Below are positions 1 through 10,253 of a stretch of DNA of 64,000 nucleotides, piece by piece. Under the pieces are notes generated by a model that was not told the DNA's origin, did no database searches, and worked only from the letters and a program-made list of their open reading frames with translations. The position numbers and the translations under genes were made by a program. The stretch's first letter is position 1; each line of letters begins with the position of its first letter. The stretch is from Clostridiales bacterium. Lineage in GTDB: Bacteria; Bacillota; Clostridia; Lachnospirales; UBA12420. The stretch covers positions 3,508-67,507 of the forward strand of contig DMOI01000040.1 of the NCBI GenBank assembly GCA_003452395.1, read 5' to 3'.

Positions 1-132
1 TATGGCTATGATATAAGTATATTCAACAGGAGTATAAGTAGGGTGAAAAATGAAGTATTGGTCAATATAATTGAAGAAATGAAAGTGTTAACTAAAAACG
101 GAGATACTGACATTAGTCGGATAAAGAGATGA
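1..132 (+). CDS. 3' end of a CDS truncated by the window edge (product unknown)
   Basis: Frame 1 is open from base 1 to TGA at 130-132 (...NEVLVNIIEEMKVLTKNGDTDISRIKR*). No family recognised. Confidence 0.3.
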   Translation, partial: YGYDISIFNRSISRVKNEVLVNIIEEMKVLTKNGDTDISRIKR

Positions 133-173
133 GATAAGGTACGGTTATTGAATTAGAACGAGGGAGTGAAAAA

Positions 174-821
174 ATGATAAAAGTAGTTATTTTTGATATG
201 GATGGTCTTATGTTTGATACTATTCCAATATGGGATAAGGTTATGTTTGATTTACTAAAATCTTATGGGGCGGAGTTTACACAAGAGGTAAAATCTAAAG
301 TTTATTCTATAAGGCAAGATGAGTGTGTGAAATATTTTATTGAAAAATTCTCAATACCACAAACACCTGAATACCTTATGGAAAAGATGGGACGAATATT
401 TAAACAGCATGCTAAATCAGTAGAAGCTATGCCAGGGCTTTATGAATTACTTGATTATTTAGAAGAAGTGGGTATAAAAAAAGCTATTGCAACAACAAGT
501 TTGAGAAAAGACGTCACAGTATTAGTATCAGGAATAAAAGATAGATTTGCTGAAATAGTTTGCGGTGATGATGTATTGCATTCAAAACCTGAACCAGATA
601 GTTATATAGAAACTATGAAGAGGTTAGGGTATTTAGCAGAAGAATGTATCTCACTAGAAGATTCAATTAATGGTGTTAAATCAGGCAAAGCAGCAGGATG
701 CTACACTATAGCAGTACCTAATGAACATTCAAAAGATGTAGACTTTAGTGCTATTGCAGATTTGGTAGTAAAAGATTTGAGTGAAGTTATAGAAGTTATA
801 GATAAAAAATTAAATGTGTAG
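174..821 (+). CDS. HAD-superfamily hydrolase, subfamily IA (phosphatase/beta-phosphoglucomutase-like)
   Basis: 215-aa ORF. HAD motif I (FDMDGLMFDT) at the N-terminus, later LEDSINGVKSGKAAG. GAGGGAG RBS upstream. Confidence 0.85.
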   Translation: MIKVVIFDMDGLMFDTIPIWDKVMFDLLKSYGAEFTQEVKSKVYSIRQDECVKYFIEKFSIPQTPEYLMEKMGRIFKQHAKSVEAMPGLYELLDYLEEVGIKKAIATTSLRKDVTVLVSGIKDRFAEIVCGDDVLHSKPEPDSYIETMKRLGYLAEECISLEDSINGVKSGKAAGCYTIAVPNEHSKDVDFSAIADLVVKDLSEVIEVIDKKLNV

Positions 822-937
822 TTGGAGTGGAGGTATATATAAAATTGATTTACAAAGGATTTGGAATTTGAGTATAAGGTGACAAAAAAAGACCGTCACC
901 ATGTGTTATATGCCTAAATGAAAATAAGGAGTAAAAT

Positions 938-1846
938 ATGAAAAAATACATATTTGTAGTGGAAGATAATGAAGATGGCGAGAGGATTGACAAATACTTA
1001 GTTAAAAATATTGCAGAACATTCAAGGGAGAATATCAAAAAAAACATAGATAAAGGGAATCTTTTTATAAATGGAAAAGTGGGAAAGCCAAGCTGTACAT
1101 TAAAATCACTTGACAGCATTGAGATTGATATTTATGAGGTGGGTGAGACGAGGACTGTTCCAGAGGATATACCAATTGATATTTTATATGAAGATGAGGA
1201 TATAATAGTTGTAAATAAACCCCAAGGAATGGTAGTACATCCGTCTCCTGGGCATCTTTCGGGTACACTTCTTAATGCTCTTTTATACCATGCAAAGAAA
1301 AGCTCGTCAAAAAGTGGGGTTACTATAAAAATTGGTGTTGTTCATAGGATTGATAGGGATACCTCTGGCATTCTTGTCATAGCTAAAAATAGTGCAGCAC
1401 ATTGTCACTTGTCAAAACAATTTGCATTACATACGATAAACAGAAAATATCACGCAATAGTGCATAATGATATTGCAAACGATATTGGAAAGATAGATGA
1501 ACCGATAGCTAGGGAAGTAGTAGATAATATGAAAAGGGTAGTAGACTATATTAATGGAAAAAATGCGGTAACGCATTATAAAGTTTTAAAAAGATTTGGG
1601 AAGTTTACTTATGTAGAATGCAATCTTGATACAGGGCGTACTCATCAGATAAGAGTGCATATGGCGCACATAAATCATCCATTACTTGGAGATGATTTAT
1701 ACGGGTCTGTACACACACATGAATTACAGGGACAGGTACTACACGCAAAGGTGCTTGGATTCATACATCCAACAACTAATGAGTATGTTGAGTTTGAGAA
1801 AGAAGTTCCTGAATATTTTAAAAAGCTGCTTGAAGAATTTGAATAA
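938..1846 (+). CDS. RluA/RluD-family rRNA pseudouridine synthase
   Basis: 302 aa. N-terminal S4-like segment, catalytic HRIDRDTSG motif, GRTHQIRVH. AAGGAG RBS. Confidence 0.9.
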   Translation: MKKYIFVVEDNEDGERIDKYLVKNIAEHSRENIKKNIDKGNLFINGKVGKPSCTLKSLDSIEIDIYEVGETRTVPEDIPIDILYEDEDIIVVNKPQGMVVHPSPGHLSGTLLNALLYHAKKSSSKSGVTIKIGVVHRIDRDTSGILVIAKNSAAHCHLSKQFALHTINRKYHAIVHNDIANDIGKIDEPIAREVVDNMKRVVDYINGKNAVTHYKVLKRFGKFTYVECNLDTGRTHQIRVHMAHINHPLLGDDLYGSVHTHELQGQVLHAKVLGFIHPTTNEYVEFEKEVPEYFKKLLEEFE

Positions 1847-2024
1847 GTAAAAAAATTAATAAATGGAGAGGAAGTGTGATATTATTATTTTTATAAAGAA
1901 CATGCGAAAATGTTTGAAAAAAATCAATAAATAAGGTATAATTGATATTATAGGAAAACGTTTTTATAAATTAAAGTGTATTTTAAAGGCAGGTTTAATT
2001 TTAGTATCTAAGGGGGAGATTTTA

Positions 2025-4400
2025 TTGAATAAAAATTTTGTTATTAAGATATTTATAGTTACTTGTATCATAATATTTTGTATATATTTCTTAAAATTGA
2101 ATAGTTCTAGTTCGGCGGCGAGTGAAATCGAACCTGAACTTATAGGTGTGTCAATTGTAGATTCTACACATTTAAAGCTTACATTTAGTTTGAAGGTATG
2201 GAATAATGGAGTGGCTACTAATAATACAGAAATAGAAGTTAGAAGGACTGAAAGTGGCGATGTCATAAACATAATTCAAATAGAAGCTGTACCTAACGGT
2301 TCTGGAAAAATTAGTTGGCAAGTTACTCTACAAGATGCACTGGTAGATGGAGAGCTTCCTACGGTAGAGATAAAGGACGGTAGTAAAATAATACTGGATA
2401 GTGATGATAATACGATGGCTGATGATCAAGATTATATTAAGGCAAACAGTCCAGCACAAGAGGCAGTTCTTTTAGTTGTAAATGATGCAGAAACTGTTAC
2501 TAGTATGAAGAATGCTTTGGAAAACAATGCAGCTGTAATAGGTATAGACGTATCAGAAAGTTCGGATTATGAAGAGCTTGATGATAAAAAAGAGGTGGCA
2601 GAGTACATAATCGATAAAAAGGGTGACGACTATGCGAACATAGAATTTCTTGCTGATATGTTTGAGTTAGCTATTGCAGGCCAAAAAGCGATAGATGAGA
2701 TAAATGATGCATCAGATATAGAAGAAGTGAGAGAGGTAGTGGAAGATAGTAATAGTCGAAAGGCGTTAGGACTATCTATAATAGATTATAATAAGCTTAA
2801 AGATGCAGAAAAGGATGCTGTGTGTCAGGCGGTTTATAATTCAGGAACTGATTATGATGAAGGAACAATAGAAGATAATTTACTAGCAATAAAAGATAAA
2901 TATGATGATGCTGTTGAAAAATATGATTCTTCTGATACAACTACTACAACGACAACAACAACTACTACTACAACTAAGAGTTTAATAAAAGATATAAGAC
3001 AAACAATAACAGAGACTACAGGTATAGCTAAAGTTGCGGAACAACTAGCTAAACTTATAGATGCAAATAAAGATAAAACAACAGATGCTAGTATAAAAAC
3101 TGAGATAGCCAGAGCTACAAAAACAATTTTTGATAGAGCTTCTAAAATTGCTTACGATGATATGGAGTTTGTAAAAGAAGGACAAATTACTATTGTAAGT
3201 GCATATGACTCTAGCTTATATGTTGCTATAGACAGAACTGCTAGTATTGTAGATACGTTAAAAACCTCTTTTGGAGCTGGAAATTTAAGTTCTGAGGCGA
3301 ATAAGTTAAGAAAGGAAATAACAATATCATCTATTTCTGGACACTTCAATGATAAGGAAGTGAGGTTTCCAATTAACGCACCTGTTTTAGATAAGGCGAA
3401 GGAAAAACTAGTAGGATTTGTTATTAAACAAAGAGACCTAAATATTTACATCCCACATGATGCACTAAACACAAAATCAGAAAATGGAAATGTAGATAAG
3501 ATAGAGATAATATGTAAAAAGCCACAGGATATTGTAGTAACGGATGAGGGAATGACTACTGTAGGTAATATCTATGAGTTTGAGGCTCAAAAGGTACTAA
3601 AGGATGAAAGTGGATTAGAAAAGAAAGAACAAATTGATAAATTTGATAGTATGGTACAAATAGAGATGTCTTTTGCAAATGAGGATGTTTCAAACTTAGA
3701 GGATGTTAGTAAACTTGGGGTTTATACATATAACGAGGATAGTAAAAAGTGGATAAACGTAAAAAGTGAAAATGATGTAGAAAATAAGAAAATAACCTTT
3801 TACACAACACATTTCAGTAAATATGTTATTGCAGAATATAATAGAAGCTTTGATGATGTACCAAAAGAAAGTTGGGCATATGAGTATATTAAGGACTTAG
3901 CGGCAAAACAAATAACAACAGGAGTAGATGAAAACAATTTTGATCCAACAGGGAAGGTATCTAGAGCTCAATTTGCTGCATTAATAGTTAGAGGGCTAGG
4001 GATAGAAACTAAGGATTATCAAGGTAAATTTACTGATGTTGTAAGTGACTCATGGTATGCAAGTGCGATTGAGGCTGCGGTAGATGCAAAGCTTGTTACT
4101 GGTGTAGGAAGTGGTAAATTTAATCCTGATGGACAAATAACTAGAGAAGAAATGGCTGTTATGATAATGAGAGCGTACAGAAGTAAGAAAAATATAAATA
4201 TAGAGAAAGAATCAGATAAAGCTGCGGGAGTTTTTGAAGATGCTTCAAAGATGAGTGACTGGGCGAGAAGTGCTGTGCTAGCTGCTAAAGCAACAGGTAT
4301 GATAAGCGGAATAACTGACAGGAAATTTGAACCTAAGCTGCCTGCTGAGAGGGCACAGGCTGCGAAGCTAATAGTAGAACTACTAAAAGCATGCGAATAA
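2025..4400 (+). CDS. Surface/cell-wall protein with N-terminal signal anchor, poly-Thr linker and three C-terminal SLH domains
   Basis: 791 aa. Hydrophobic N-terminus and a 13-residue Thr run. The last ~180 aa carry three SLH-like repeats (FDDVPKESWAYEYIKDLAAKQITTG..., FTDVVSDSWYASAIEAAVDAKLVTG..., FEDASKMSDWARSAVLAAKATGMISG...). Confidence 0.85.
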   Translation: MNKNFVIKIFIVTCIIIFCIYFLKLNSSSSAASEIEPELIGVSIVDSTHLKLTFSLKVWNNGVATNNTEIEVRRTESGDVINIIQIEAVPNGSGKISWQVTLQDALVDGELPTVEIKDGSKIILDSDDNTMADDQDYIKANSPAQEAVLLVVNDAETVTSMKNALENNAAVIGIDVSESSDYEELDDKKEVAEYIIDKKGDDYANIEFLADMFELAIAGQKAIDEINDASDIEEVREVVEDSNSRKALGLSIIDYNKLKDAEKDAVCQAVYNSGTDYDEGTIEDNLLAIKDKYDDAVEKYDSSDTTTTTTTTTTTTTKSLIKDIRQTITETTGIAKVAEQLAKLIDANKDKTTDASIKTEIARATKTIFDRASKIAYDDMEFVKEGQITIVSAYDSSLYVAIDRTASIVDTLKTSFGAGNLSSEANKLRKEITISSISGHFNDKEVRFPINAPVLDKAKEKLVGFVIKQRDLNIYIPHDALNTKSENGNVDKIEIICKKPQDIVVTDEGMTTVGNIYEFEAQKVLKDESGLEKKEQIDKFDSMVQIEMSFANEDVSNLEDVSKLGVYTYNEDSKKWINVKSENDVENKKITFYTTHFSKYVIAEYNRSFDDVPKESWAYEYIKDLAAKQITTGVDENNFDPTGKVSRAQFAALIVRGLGIETKDYQGKFTDVVSDSWYASAIEAAVDAKLVTGVGSGKFNPDGQITREEMAVMIMRAYRSKKNINIEKESDKAAGVFEDASKMSDWARSAVLAAKATGMISGITDRKFEPKLPAERAQAAKLIVELLKACE

Positions 4401-4441
4401 TTAAGAATAGTATATTAATAGAAAAAGAGAGGAAATGACAG

Positions 4442-5998
4442 ATGAGTATTTTAACCGTAAGTAATTTGACACATGGATTTGGGGATAGGGCTATATTTAA
4501 TAACGTTTCATTTAGACTACTAAATGGTGAACATATAGGGTTTGTAGGGGCAAATGGAGAGGGTAAATCTACTTTTATGAATATAGTAACAGGTAAACTT
4601 CAACCGGATGAAGGAAAGGTAGTTTGGTCTAAACGTGTGAGAGTAGGATACCTTGATCAGCATACATCACTAGATGCGACGATGACAATAAGAGGAGTCC
4701 TAAAAACTGCATTTAAGTATCTTTTTGATATGGAAGAAGAAGTAAACAATATGTATGAAAAGATGGCTGATGCAACTGACAAAGAAATAGAGAATATGCT
4801 TGATGATATCGGAAACATTCAAGATATTTTAATGCATAATGATTTTTATATGATAGATGCGAAAGTAGATGAAATAGCTAGGGGACTAGGTTTGATGGAA
4901 ATAGGTATGGATAAAAATGTATCAGACCTAAGCGGGGGTCAAAGAACAAAAGTTCTACTTGCAAAATTGTTGCTTGAGAAGCCAGAGATACTGTTGCTTG
5001 ACGAGCCGACTAACTATCTTGATGAGCAACACATAGAGTGGATAAAACGATACTTACAAGAGTATGAATATGCATTTATACTTATATCACATGATATACC
5101 GTTCTTAAACAGTGTAGTAAATATTATATATAATGTAGAAAATCAAGAGTTAAACAGGTATGTTGGAGATTATGATAATTTTCTTAAAGGACACGAAGCA
5201 AAGAAAGTACAGCTAGAAGCAGCCTACAAAAAACAACAACAGGAGATTGCCAACTTAGAGGATTTTGTAGCGAGAAATAAAGCCAGAGTATCGACTAGAA
5301 ACATGGCGATGTCACGTCAAAAGAAGCTAGACAAGATGGAAGTAATAGAACTAGTATCAGAAAAGCCAAAACCAAAGTTCAACTTCAAGGAGAAAGGTGC
5401 ATCAGGCAGAGTAATATTTGAAACAAACGAGTTGGTCATAGGGTACAATGAGCCACTTTCAAAACCAATAAACCTCAAGATGGAAAGAGGTCAAAAGATA
5501 GCAATAATAGGTTCAAATGGGATAGGTAAAACCACACTACTCAGAAGTATATTAGGTGAGATAGAACCAGTATCAGGTACTGCAAAGACAGGTGATTACC
5601 TATCGATTGGGTATTTTGAACAAGAAATAAAAGACAAAAATAACTATACATGTATAGAAGATGTATGGAATCACTTTACAGCAATGACTCAATACGAGAT
5701 ACGTTCAGCTCTAGCAAGATGCGGACTTACAACAAAACATATAGAAAGCAAAATAGCAGTACTAAGTGGTGGTGAGCAGGCTAAGGTCCGCTTATGTAAG
5801 CTGATAAACACACAAACTAATTTGCTAGTATTAGACGAACCAACTAATCACTTAGACGTAGATGCCAAGGCTGAGCTTAAGCGTGCATTACGAGAATACA
5901 AAGGAAGTATACTCATAATATGTCATGAGCCTGAGTTTTATATGGATGTGGTGAGTGATGTGTGGAATTTGGAGGAGTATACCACTAAGATAGTGTAG
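4442..5998 (+). CDS. ABC-F family ATPase (soluble, translation-factor type)
   Basis: 518 aa. Two ABC cassettes (Walker A GANGEGKST and GSNGIGKTT; signatures LSGGQRTK and LSGGEQAK) joined by a charged linker. No membrane domain. Confidence 0.9.
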   Translation: MSILTVSNLTHGFGDRAIFNNVSFRLLNGEHIGFVGANGEGKSTFMNIVTGKLQPDEGKVVWSKRVRVGYLDQHTSLDATMTIRGVLKTAFKYLFDMEEEVNNMYEKMADATDKEIENMLDDIGNIQDILMHNDFYMIDAKVDEIARGLGLMEIGMDKNVSDLSGGQRTKVLLAKLLLEKPEILLLDEPTNYLDEQHIEWIKRYLQEYEYAFILISHDIPFLNSVVNIIYNVENQELNRYVGDYDNFLKGHEAKKVQLEAAYKKQQQEIANLEDFVARNKARVSTRNMAMSRQKKLDKMEVIELVSEKPKPKFNFKEKGASGRVIFETNELVIGYNEPLSKPINLKMERGQKIAIIGSNGIGKTTLLRSILGEIEPVSGTAKTGDYLSIGYFEQEIKDKNNYTCIEDVWNHFTAMTQYEIRSALARCGLTTKHIESKIAVLSGGEQAKVRLCKLINTQTNLLVLDEPTNHLDVDAKAELKRALREYKGSILIICHEPEFYMDVVSDVWNLEEYTTKIV

Positions 5999-6121
5999 AA
6001 TTAATAGATAGTTTCCTTTTAGAAAATACATGCTTTTTAGTATATTGATATTTTGCTAGTAAATACTAAAAACAATACTGAATTTTTAATCAGATGTATC
6101 AAAACTAGGGGGGAATTTTTT

Positions 6122-9100
6122 ATGGCTAAAATTATGAAAATGATGGATGGAAATGAGGCGGCAGCTGAGGCGTCGTATTCATTTACAGAAGTATCGGTAA
6201 TCTATCCCATTACACCATCAACGCCAATGGCAGAAAAGGTAGATGAATGGTCTGCAAAAGGAAAGAAGAATATCTTTGGTCAGCAAGTTAAAGTTGTTGA
6301 AATGCAATCAGAAGCTGGAGCAGCAGGATCAATGCATGGTTCACTTGCTGCGGGAGCACTCACAACTACATATACGGCATCGCAAGGGTTACTACTTATG
6401 ATTCCTAATATGTACAAAATGGCTGGTGAGCTTTTGCCAGCTGTATTTCATGTAAGTGCGAGGGCTATTGCAACTCATGCGTTATCTATTTTTGGAGATC
6501 ATCAAGATGTAATGACTACGAGGCAAACAGGCTTTGCACTTTTGGCATCTTCAAATGTACAAGAAGTAATGGACTTGGGAAATGTTGCGCACTTATGTGC
6601 AATTGAGTCAAGAATTCCGTTTCTACACTTTTTTGATGGATTCAGAACTTCACATGAATACCAAAAGATAGAAGTGATAAGTGGGGAGGATGTAGCAAAA
6701 CTGGTTGATTATGATGCGATTAAAGAATTTAGAGGACGATCCCTAAATCCAGAGCATCCAACTATAAGGGGTACGGCACAAAATCCTGATATATATTTTC
6801 AAGGAAGAGAGGCTTCTAATAAGTTTTATGCGGAGGTTCCTGATATTGTTGAAAATTATATGAGGGAAATTGAAAAAATTACCCAAAGAGCTTATCATCC
6901 CTTCGATTATTATGGGTCACCAGAAGCTGAGCATATTATAATTGCCATGGGATCTATGTGCGATACTATTAAAGAGACAATAGATTACCTTGGGAGTAAA
7001 GGTGAAAAATTGGGCTTAATGAATGTACATTTATATAGACCGTTTTCTTCTAAATATTTCTTTAAGGTGTTTCCAAAAACTGTTAAAAAGATTGCAGTAC
7101 TTGATAGAACGAAGGAACCAGGATCTTTAGGTGAACCGCTGTATTTAGATATATTAAAATTATTCTATGATTATCCGGAAAAACCTGTTATAGTTGGTGG
7201 AAGATATGGATTGGGTTCAAAGGATACTAGACCATCACAAGTTATTTCTGTATTTGAAAACTTGAAACAAGAACAACCTAAAAATGGATTTACAATAGGA
7301 ATCGTTGATGATGTAACAAATACATCATTACCAGAAGGAGATGCAGTTGAAACGACACCAGAAGGAACGTTTAGCTGTAAATTCTGGGGGTTAGGTTCTG
7401 ACGGTACAGTTGGAGCAAATAAAATGGCTGTGCAAATCATAGGAGGGAATACAGAGCTTTATGCACAGGCTTATTTCTCATACGACAGCAAAAAATCTGG
7501 TGGCAGTACAGTATCTCATTTAAGGTTCGGCAAGAACCCGATAAGGTCACCATATTTAGTTTATAATTCAGATTATATAGCATGTCATAATAAATCTTTT
7601 TTATATAACCAAGATGTACTTAAAGGGTTAAAAAAAGGTGGAATTTTTGTATTAAATTGCCCATGGAATGAGACAGAACTAGAAGATAAACTTCCTGCAC
7701 AATTTAAAAAATATATTGCGGATAATGATATTAATTTTTATATTATTGATGCAGTATCGATAGCACAAGGACTAAAGCTTGGTGGAAGAATAAACATGAT
7801 AATGCAATCTGTTTTCTTTAAATTAGCAAATATTATTCCTATAGAAGAAGCTGCCGACTTAATGAAAAAGTCTGTTGAAAAGACATATGGTAGTAAAGGT
7901 GAGGAAATAGTAAAATCGAACAAGGCTTCGATAGATAAAGGTATTGAAGGAGTAATTAAAGTAAAAATTCAAGCAAAGTGGGCAAATATAGAGGAAAAAA
8001 TAGAAGAAGAAGAATCGGATGCAAAAGAACTTAATAACTTCGTGAAAAACATTCAATTTCCTATGGCAAGACATCAGGGGGATGAATTGCCCGTAAGTGC
8101 TTTTAATAACATGGAGGATGGGAGTTTTCCTCTAGGAACCACTGCTTACGAAAAACGTGGAATCGCTGTAATGATTCCGGAGTGGCAAACAGATAAATGT
8201 ATACAGTGTAATCAATGTGCATATATTTGTCCACATGCAGTTATACGTCCGTATTTATTAAATCAAGAAGAAAAAAGAAATGCACCTGAATCTTTTGAAA
8301 CAAAGAAGGCTATAGGTAAGGGACTCGAAAATCTAGAGTATCGGATTCAATTAAGTCCACTTGATTGTACGGGTTGTGGTAATTGTGCAGATATTTGCCC
8401 TGCTAAAGGGAAAGCTTTGGTTATGAAGCCAGCAGAGGAAGAAATAAAAGCAGAGGCAGATAACTGGAATTTTGCAATGACTGTAACGGATAAAGAGAAC
8501 CTAGTAGATCCGAAAACATTAAAGGGAAGTCAGTTTATAAGACCTCTACTCGAATTTAGTGGTGCATGTCCAGGGTGCGGAGAAACACCATATGTGAAGC
8601 TACTAACTCAGCTTTTTGGAGATAGGATGATGATTGCAAATGCTACTGGATGCTCATCAATCTGGGGGGCAAGCGCACCATCTATAGCATATTCTACGAA
8701 TGCAGCTGGGAAAGGTCCTGCGTGGGGGAACTCATTATTTGAGGACAATGCTGAGTATGGATATGGAATGTTTCTCGGTGTAAAACAGCTACGTGAAAAA
8801 CTAGTAATGTTGATAAAAGAAGCTTTAAGTCAACCGATTAGTGAAAAATTAAAAGAAGCTTTTGAAGAATGGCTTGATGGATTTGATGATGGAGATGCAT
8901 CTAAGAAAGCTACTGCCAAAATACTACAAGAGATTAAAAATGAAGATTTAGAAGGTAATGAGGTATTAAAAGAAATATTGGATAAAAAGGATTATTTGAT
9001 TAAGAAGTCCCATTGGCTAATTGGTGGAGATGGATGGGCATATGATATTGGATTTGGAGGAGTAGATCAAGTTTTGTATGAAGGCGAGGATGTAAATATT

Positions 9101-9649
9101 TTTGTTATGGATACAGAAATGTATTCAAATACAGGGGGTCAATCATCAAAATCCACCCCAATAGCATCTGTAGCAAAATTTGCTGCATCAGGAAAGAAGA
9201 AGATTAAGAAAAACCTAGGAATGATGGCGATGAGTTATGGGTATGTGTATGTTGCACAAATTTCTATGGGAGCAAATATGAACCAAACCATAAAAGCAAT
9301 TGCAGAAGCAGAAGCATATAAGGGACCTTCAATAATTATTGCGTATGCACCATGTATTAGCCACGGAATAAAAACAGGTATGGAGACTAGCATGGCTGAG
9401 ATGAAGAAAGCCGTTGATACTGGGCACTGGCAGCTTTATAGATATAATCCACTACTAAAAGAAGAAAATAAAAATCCTTTCATTTTAGATTCAAAGGAAC
9501 CAACAGAGTCATTTGAAGATTTCATGAATGGGGAAATTAGATATACATCTTTAAAAAACACATTTCCAGAAAATATAGAAGAGTTACATCATAAAGCAGA
9601 GAAAAACGTTAAGGAAAGATATGAAGAGTATAAAAACTTAGCAGAGTAA
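6122..9649 (+). CDS. nifJ: Pyruvate:ferredoxin (flavodoxin) oxidoreductase, single-polypeptide PFOR
   Basis: ~1175 aa. Typical PFOR N-terminus MAKIMKMMDGNEAAAEASY. Two CxxCxxCxxxCP ferredoxin motifs (CIQCNQCAYICP, CTGCGNCADICP). TPP-binding GGDGWAYDIG. Start moved to ATG 6122, behind a GGGGGG RBS, instead of track start 6053. Confidence 0.95.
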   Translation: MAKIMKMMDGNEAAAEASYSFTEVSVIYPITPSTPMAEKVDEWSAKGKKNIFGQQVKVVEMQSEAGAAGSMHGSLAAGALTTTYTASQGLLLMIPNMYKMAGELLPAVFHVSARAIATHALSIFGDHQDVMTTRQTGFALLASSNVQEVMDLGNVAHLCAIESRIPFLHFFDGFRTSHEYQKIEVISGEDVAKLVDYDAIKEFRGRSLNPEHPTIRGTAQNPDIYFQGREASNKFYAEVPDIVENYMREIEKITQRAYHPFDYYGSPEAEHIIIAMGSMCDTIKETIDYLGSKGEKLGLMNVHLYRPFSSKYFFKVFPKTVKKIAVLDRTKEPGSLGEPLYLDILKLFYDYPEKPVIVGGRYGLGSKDTRPSQVISVFENLKQEQPKNGFTIGIVDDVTNTSLPEGDAVETTPEGTFSCKFWGLGSDGTVGANKMAVQIIGGNTELYAQAYFSYDSKKSGGSTVSHLRFGKNPIRSPYLVYNSDYIACHNKSFLYNQDVLKGLKKGGIFVLNCPWNETELEDKLPAQFKKYIADNDINFYIIDAVSIAQGLKLGGRINMIMQSVFFKLANIIPIEEAADLMKKSVEKTYGSKGEEIVKSNKASIDKGIEGVIKVKIQAKWANIEEKIEEEESDAKELNNFVKNIQFPMARHQGDELPVSAFNNMEDGSFPLGTTAYEKRGIAVMIPEWQTDKCIQCNQCAYICPHAVIRPYLLNQEEKRNAPESFETKKAIGKGLENLEYRIQLSPLDCTGCGNCADICPAKGKALVMKPAEEEIKAEADNWNFAMTVTDKENLVDPKTLKGSQFIRPLLEFSGACPGCGETPYVKLLTQLFGDRMMIANATGCSSIWGASAPSIAYSTNAAGKGPAWGNSLFEDNAEYGYGMFLGVKQLREKLVMLIKEALSQPISEKLKEAFEEWLDGFDDGDASKKATAKILQEIKNEDLEGNEVLKEILDKKDYLIKKSHWLIGGDGWAYDIGFGGVDQVLYEGEDVNIFVMDTEMYSNTGGQSSKSTPIASVAKFAASGKKKIKKNLGMMAMSYGYVYVAQISMGANMNQTIKAIAEAEAYKGPSIIIAYAPCISHGIKTGMETSMAEMKKAVDTGHWQLYRYNPLLKEENKNPFILDSKEPTESFEDFMNGEIRYTSLKNTFPENIEELHHKAEKNVKERYEEYKNLAE

Positions 9650-9657
9650 AATTATTT

Positions 9658-9698
9658 GATGCTTCGTCGAAAGAACCCTCTCGCAATGACAAGCGCGG
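9658..9698 (+). repeat. Copy of dispersed GC-rich repeat family A (GATTGCTTCGTCGAAAGAACC.TCTCGCAATGACAG-like)
   Basis: gatgcttcgtcgaaagaaccctctcgcaatgacaagcgcg lies immediately after the nifJ stop. It nearly matches 43719-43754 and the reverse complement of 43645-43686. Confidence 0.75.
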
Positions 9699-9711
9699 AG
9701 TTGCTTACAAT

Positions 9712-9740
9712 AAAAAAAGATATATAACATATCTTTTTTT
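9712..9740. terminator. Bidirectional Rho-independent terminator between nifJ and the convergent small gene
   Basis: Perfect 12-bp stem aaaaaaagatat/atatcttttttt with a 5-nt loop. A/T runs on both sides. Confidence 0.7.
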
Positions 9741-9747
9741 ATTGAAT

Positions 9748-9915
9748 TCATTTCTCGTTTGAATCTACCCAGTCTTTAGCATCACGAACACTTTTCTCGG
9801 TGGGAACAGGAACTTTTGAGACAGGTTTGGTATCTTTAATATTTGCCCAAGCAGCAGTAGTATGTTTTTCTATTGGCATCTTCCATGCTTTGCCATCTCG
9901 TTTATTCATTGACAT
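9748..9915 (-). CDS. Small conserved-looking protein (55 aa), possibly DUF3787 / clostridial spore-surface small-protein family
   Basis: Not in the ORF track (<60 aa). ATG at 9915 is preceded by AAAGAGGTGAT RBS. Translation MSMNKRDGKAWKMPIEKHTTAAWANIKDTKPVSKVPVPTEKSVRDAKDWVDSNEK*. The family name is from memory of the TAAWANI...AKDWVD..NEK pattern. Confidence 0.55.
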   Translation of the reverse strand: MSMNKRDGKAWKMPIEKHTTAAWANIKDTKPVSKVPVPTEKSVRDAKDWVDSNEK

Positions 9916-10026
9916 ATAGATCACCTCTTTTTATATTGTTCTCAACATAAGAAAATATATAAGAGGGGAAATTATCTATATTTGTATAGGATAGCAAGTG
10001 GAGCTTTGTCAAATATGTATTTTTCC

Positions 10027-10055
10027 TTGCAAAATTTCTCTTAAAATGGTATAGT
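10027..10055 (+). promoter_or_regulatory. Sigma-A type promoter (extended -10)
   Basis: TTGCAA (10027-10032), 17-nt spacer, TGgTATAGT (-10 at 10050-10055). Lies upstream of the mini-ORF/P-loop gene pair. Confidence 0.55.
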
Positions 10056-10107
10056 AAAGTATATAAAACTAACGGAGTAATTCTTATTAATGAAAGAAGG
10101 TAGATAC

Positions 10108-10194
10108 ATGAAAAAAGAAGATAATACTCTAATATGTCCAGCCTGTAAAGAAGAAATAGTTAGACATGATAGTTGTTTTATCAACTGGAGCTAA
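10108..10194 (+). CDS. 28-aa mini-ORF with a single CPAC knuckle (possible truncated zinc-ribbon)
   Basis: MKKEDNTLICPACKEEIVRHDSCFINWS*. A GAAGG RBS-like element lies upstream. Only one CxxC pair, so it may be a remnant or leader peptide. Confidence 0.25.
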   Translation: MKKEDNTLICPACKEEIVRHDSCFINWS

Positions 10195-10253
10195 TAGATA
10201 AAAATACAATAGAAGAAATAAATTCTAAAAAACCATGATGGAGATGAAGATAT

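Noticed and set aside
2935-2975. Poly-threonine tract in the SLH protein as a slippage-prone homopolymeric or phase-variable site
   Set aside because: The 13 Thr codons are a mixture of ACA, ACT and ACG with no perfect nucleotide repeat. It is a linker, not a contingency locus.
6053-6121. N-terminal extension of PFOR given by the ORF track (MLVNTKNNTEFLIRCIKTRGEFF)
   Set aside because: There is no RBS before 6053. ATG 6122 has a G-rich RBS and yields the canonical PFOR N-terminus.
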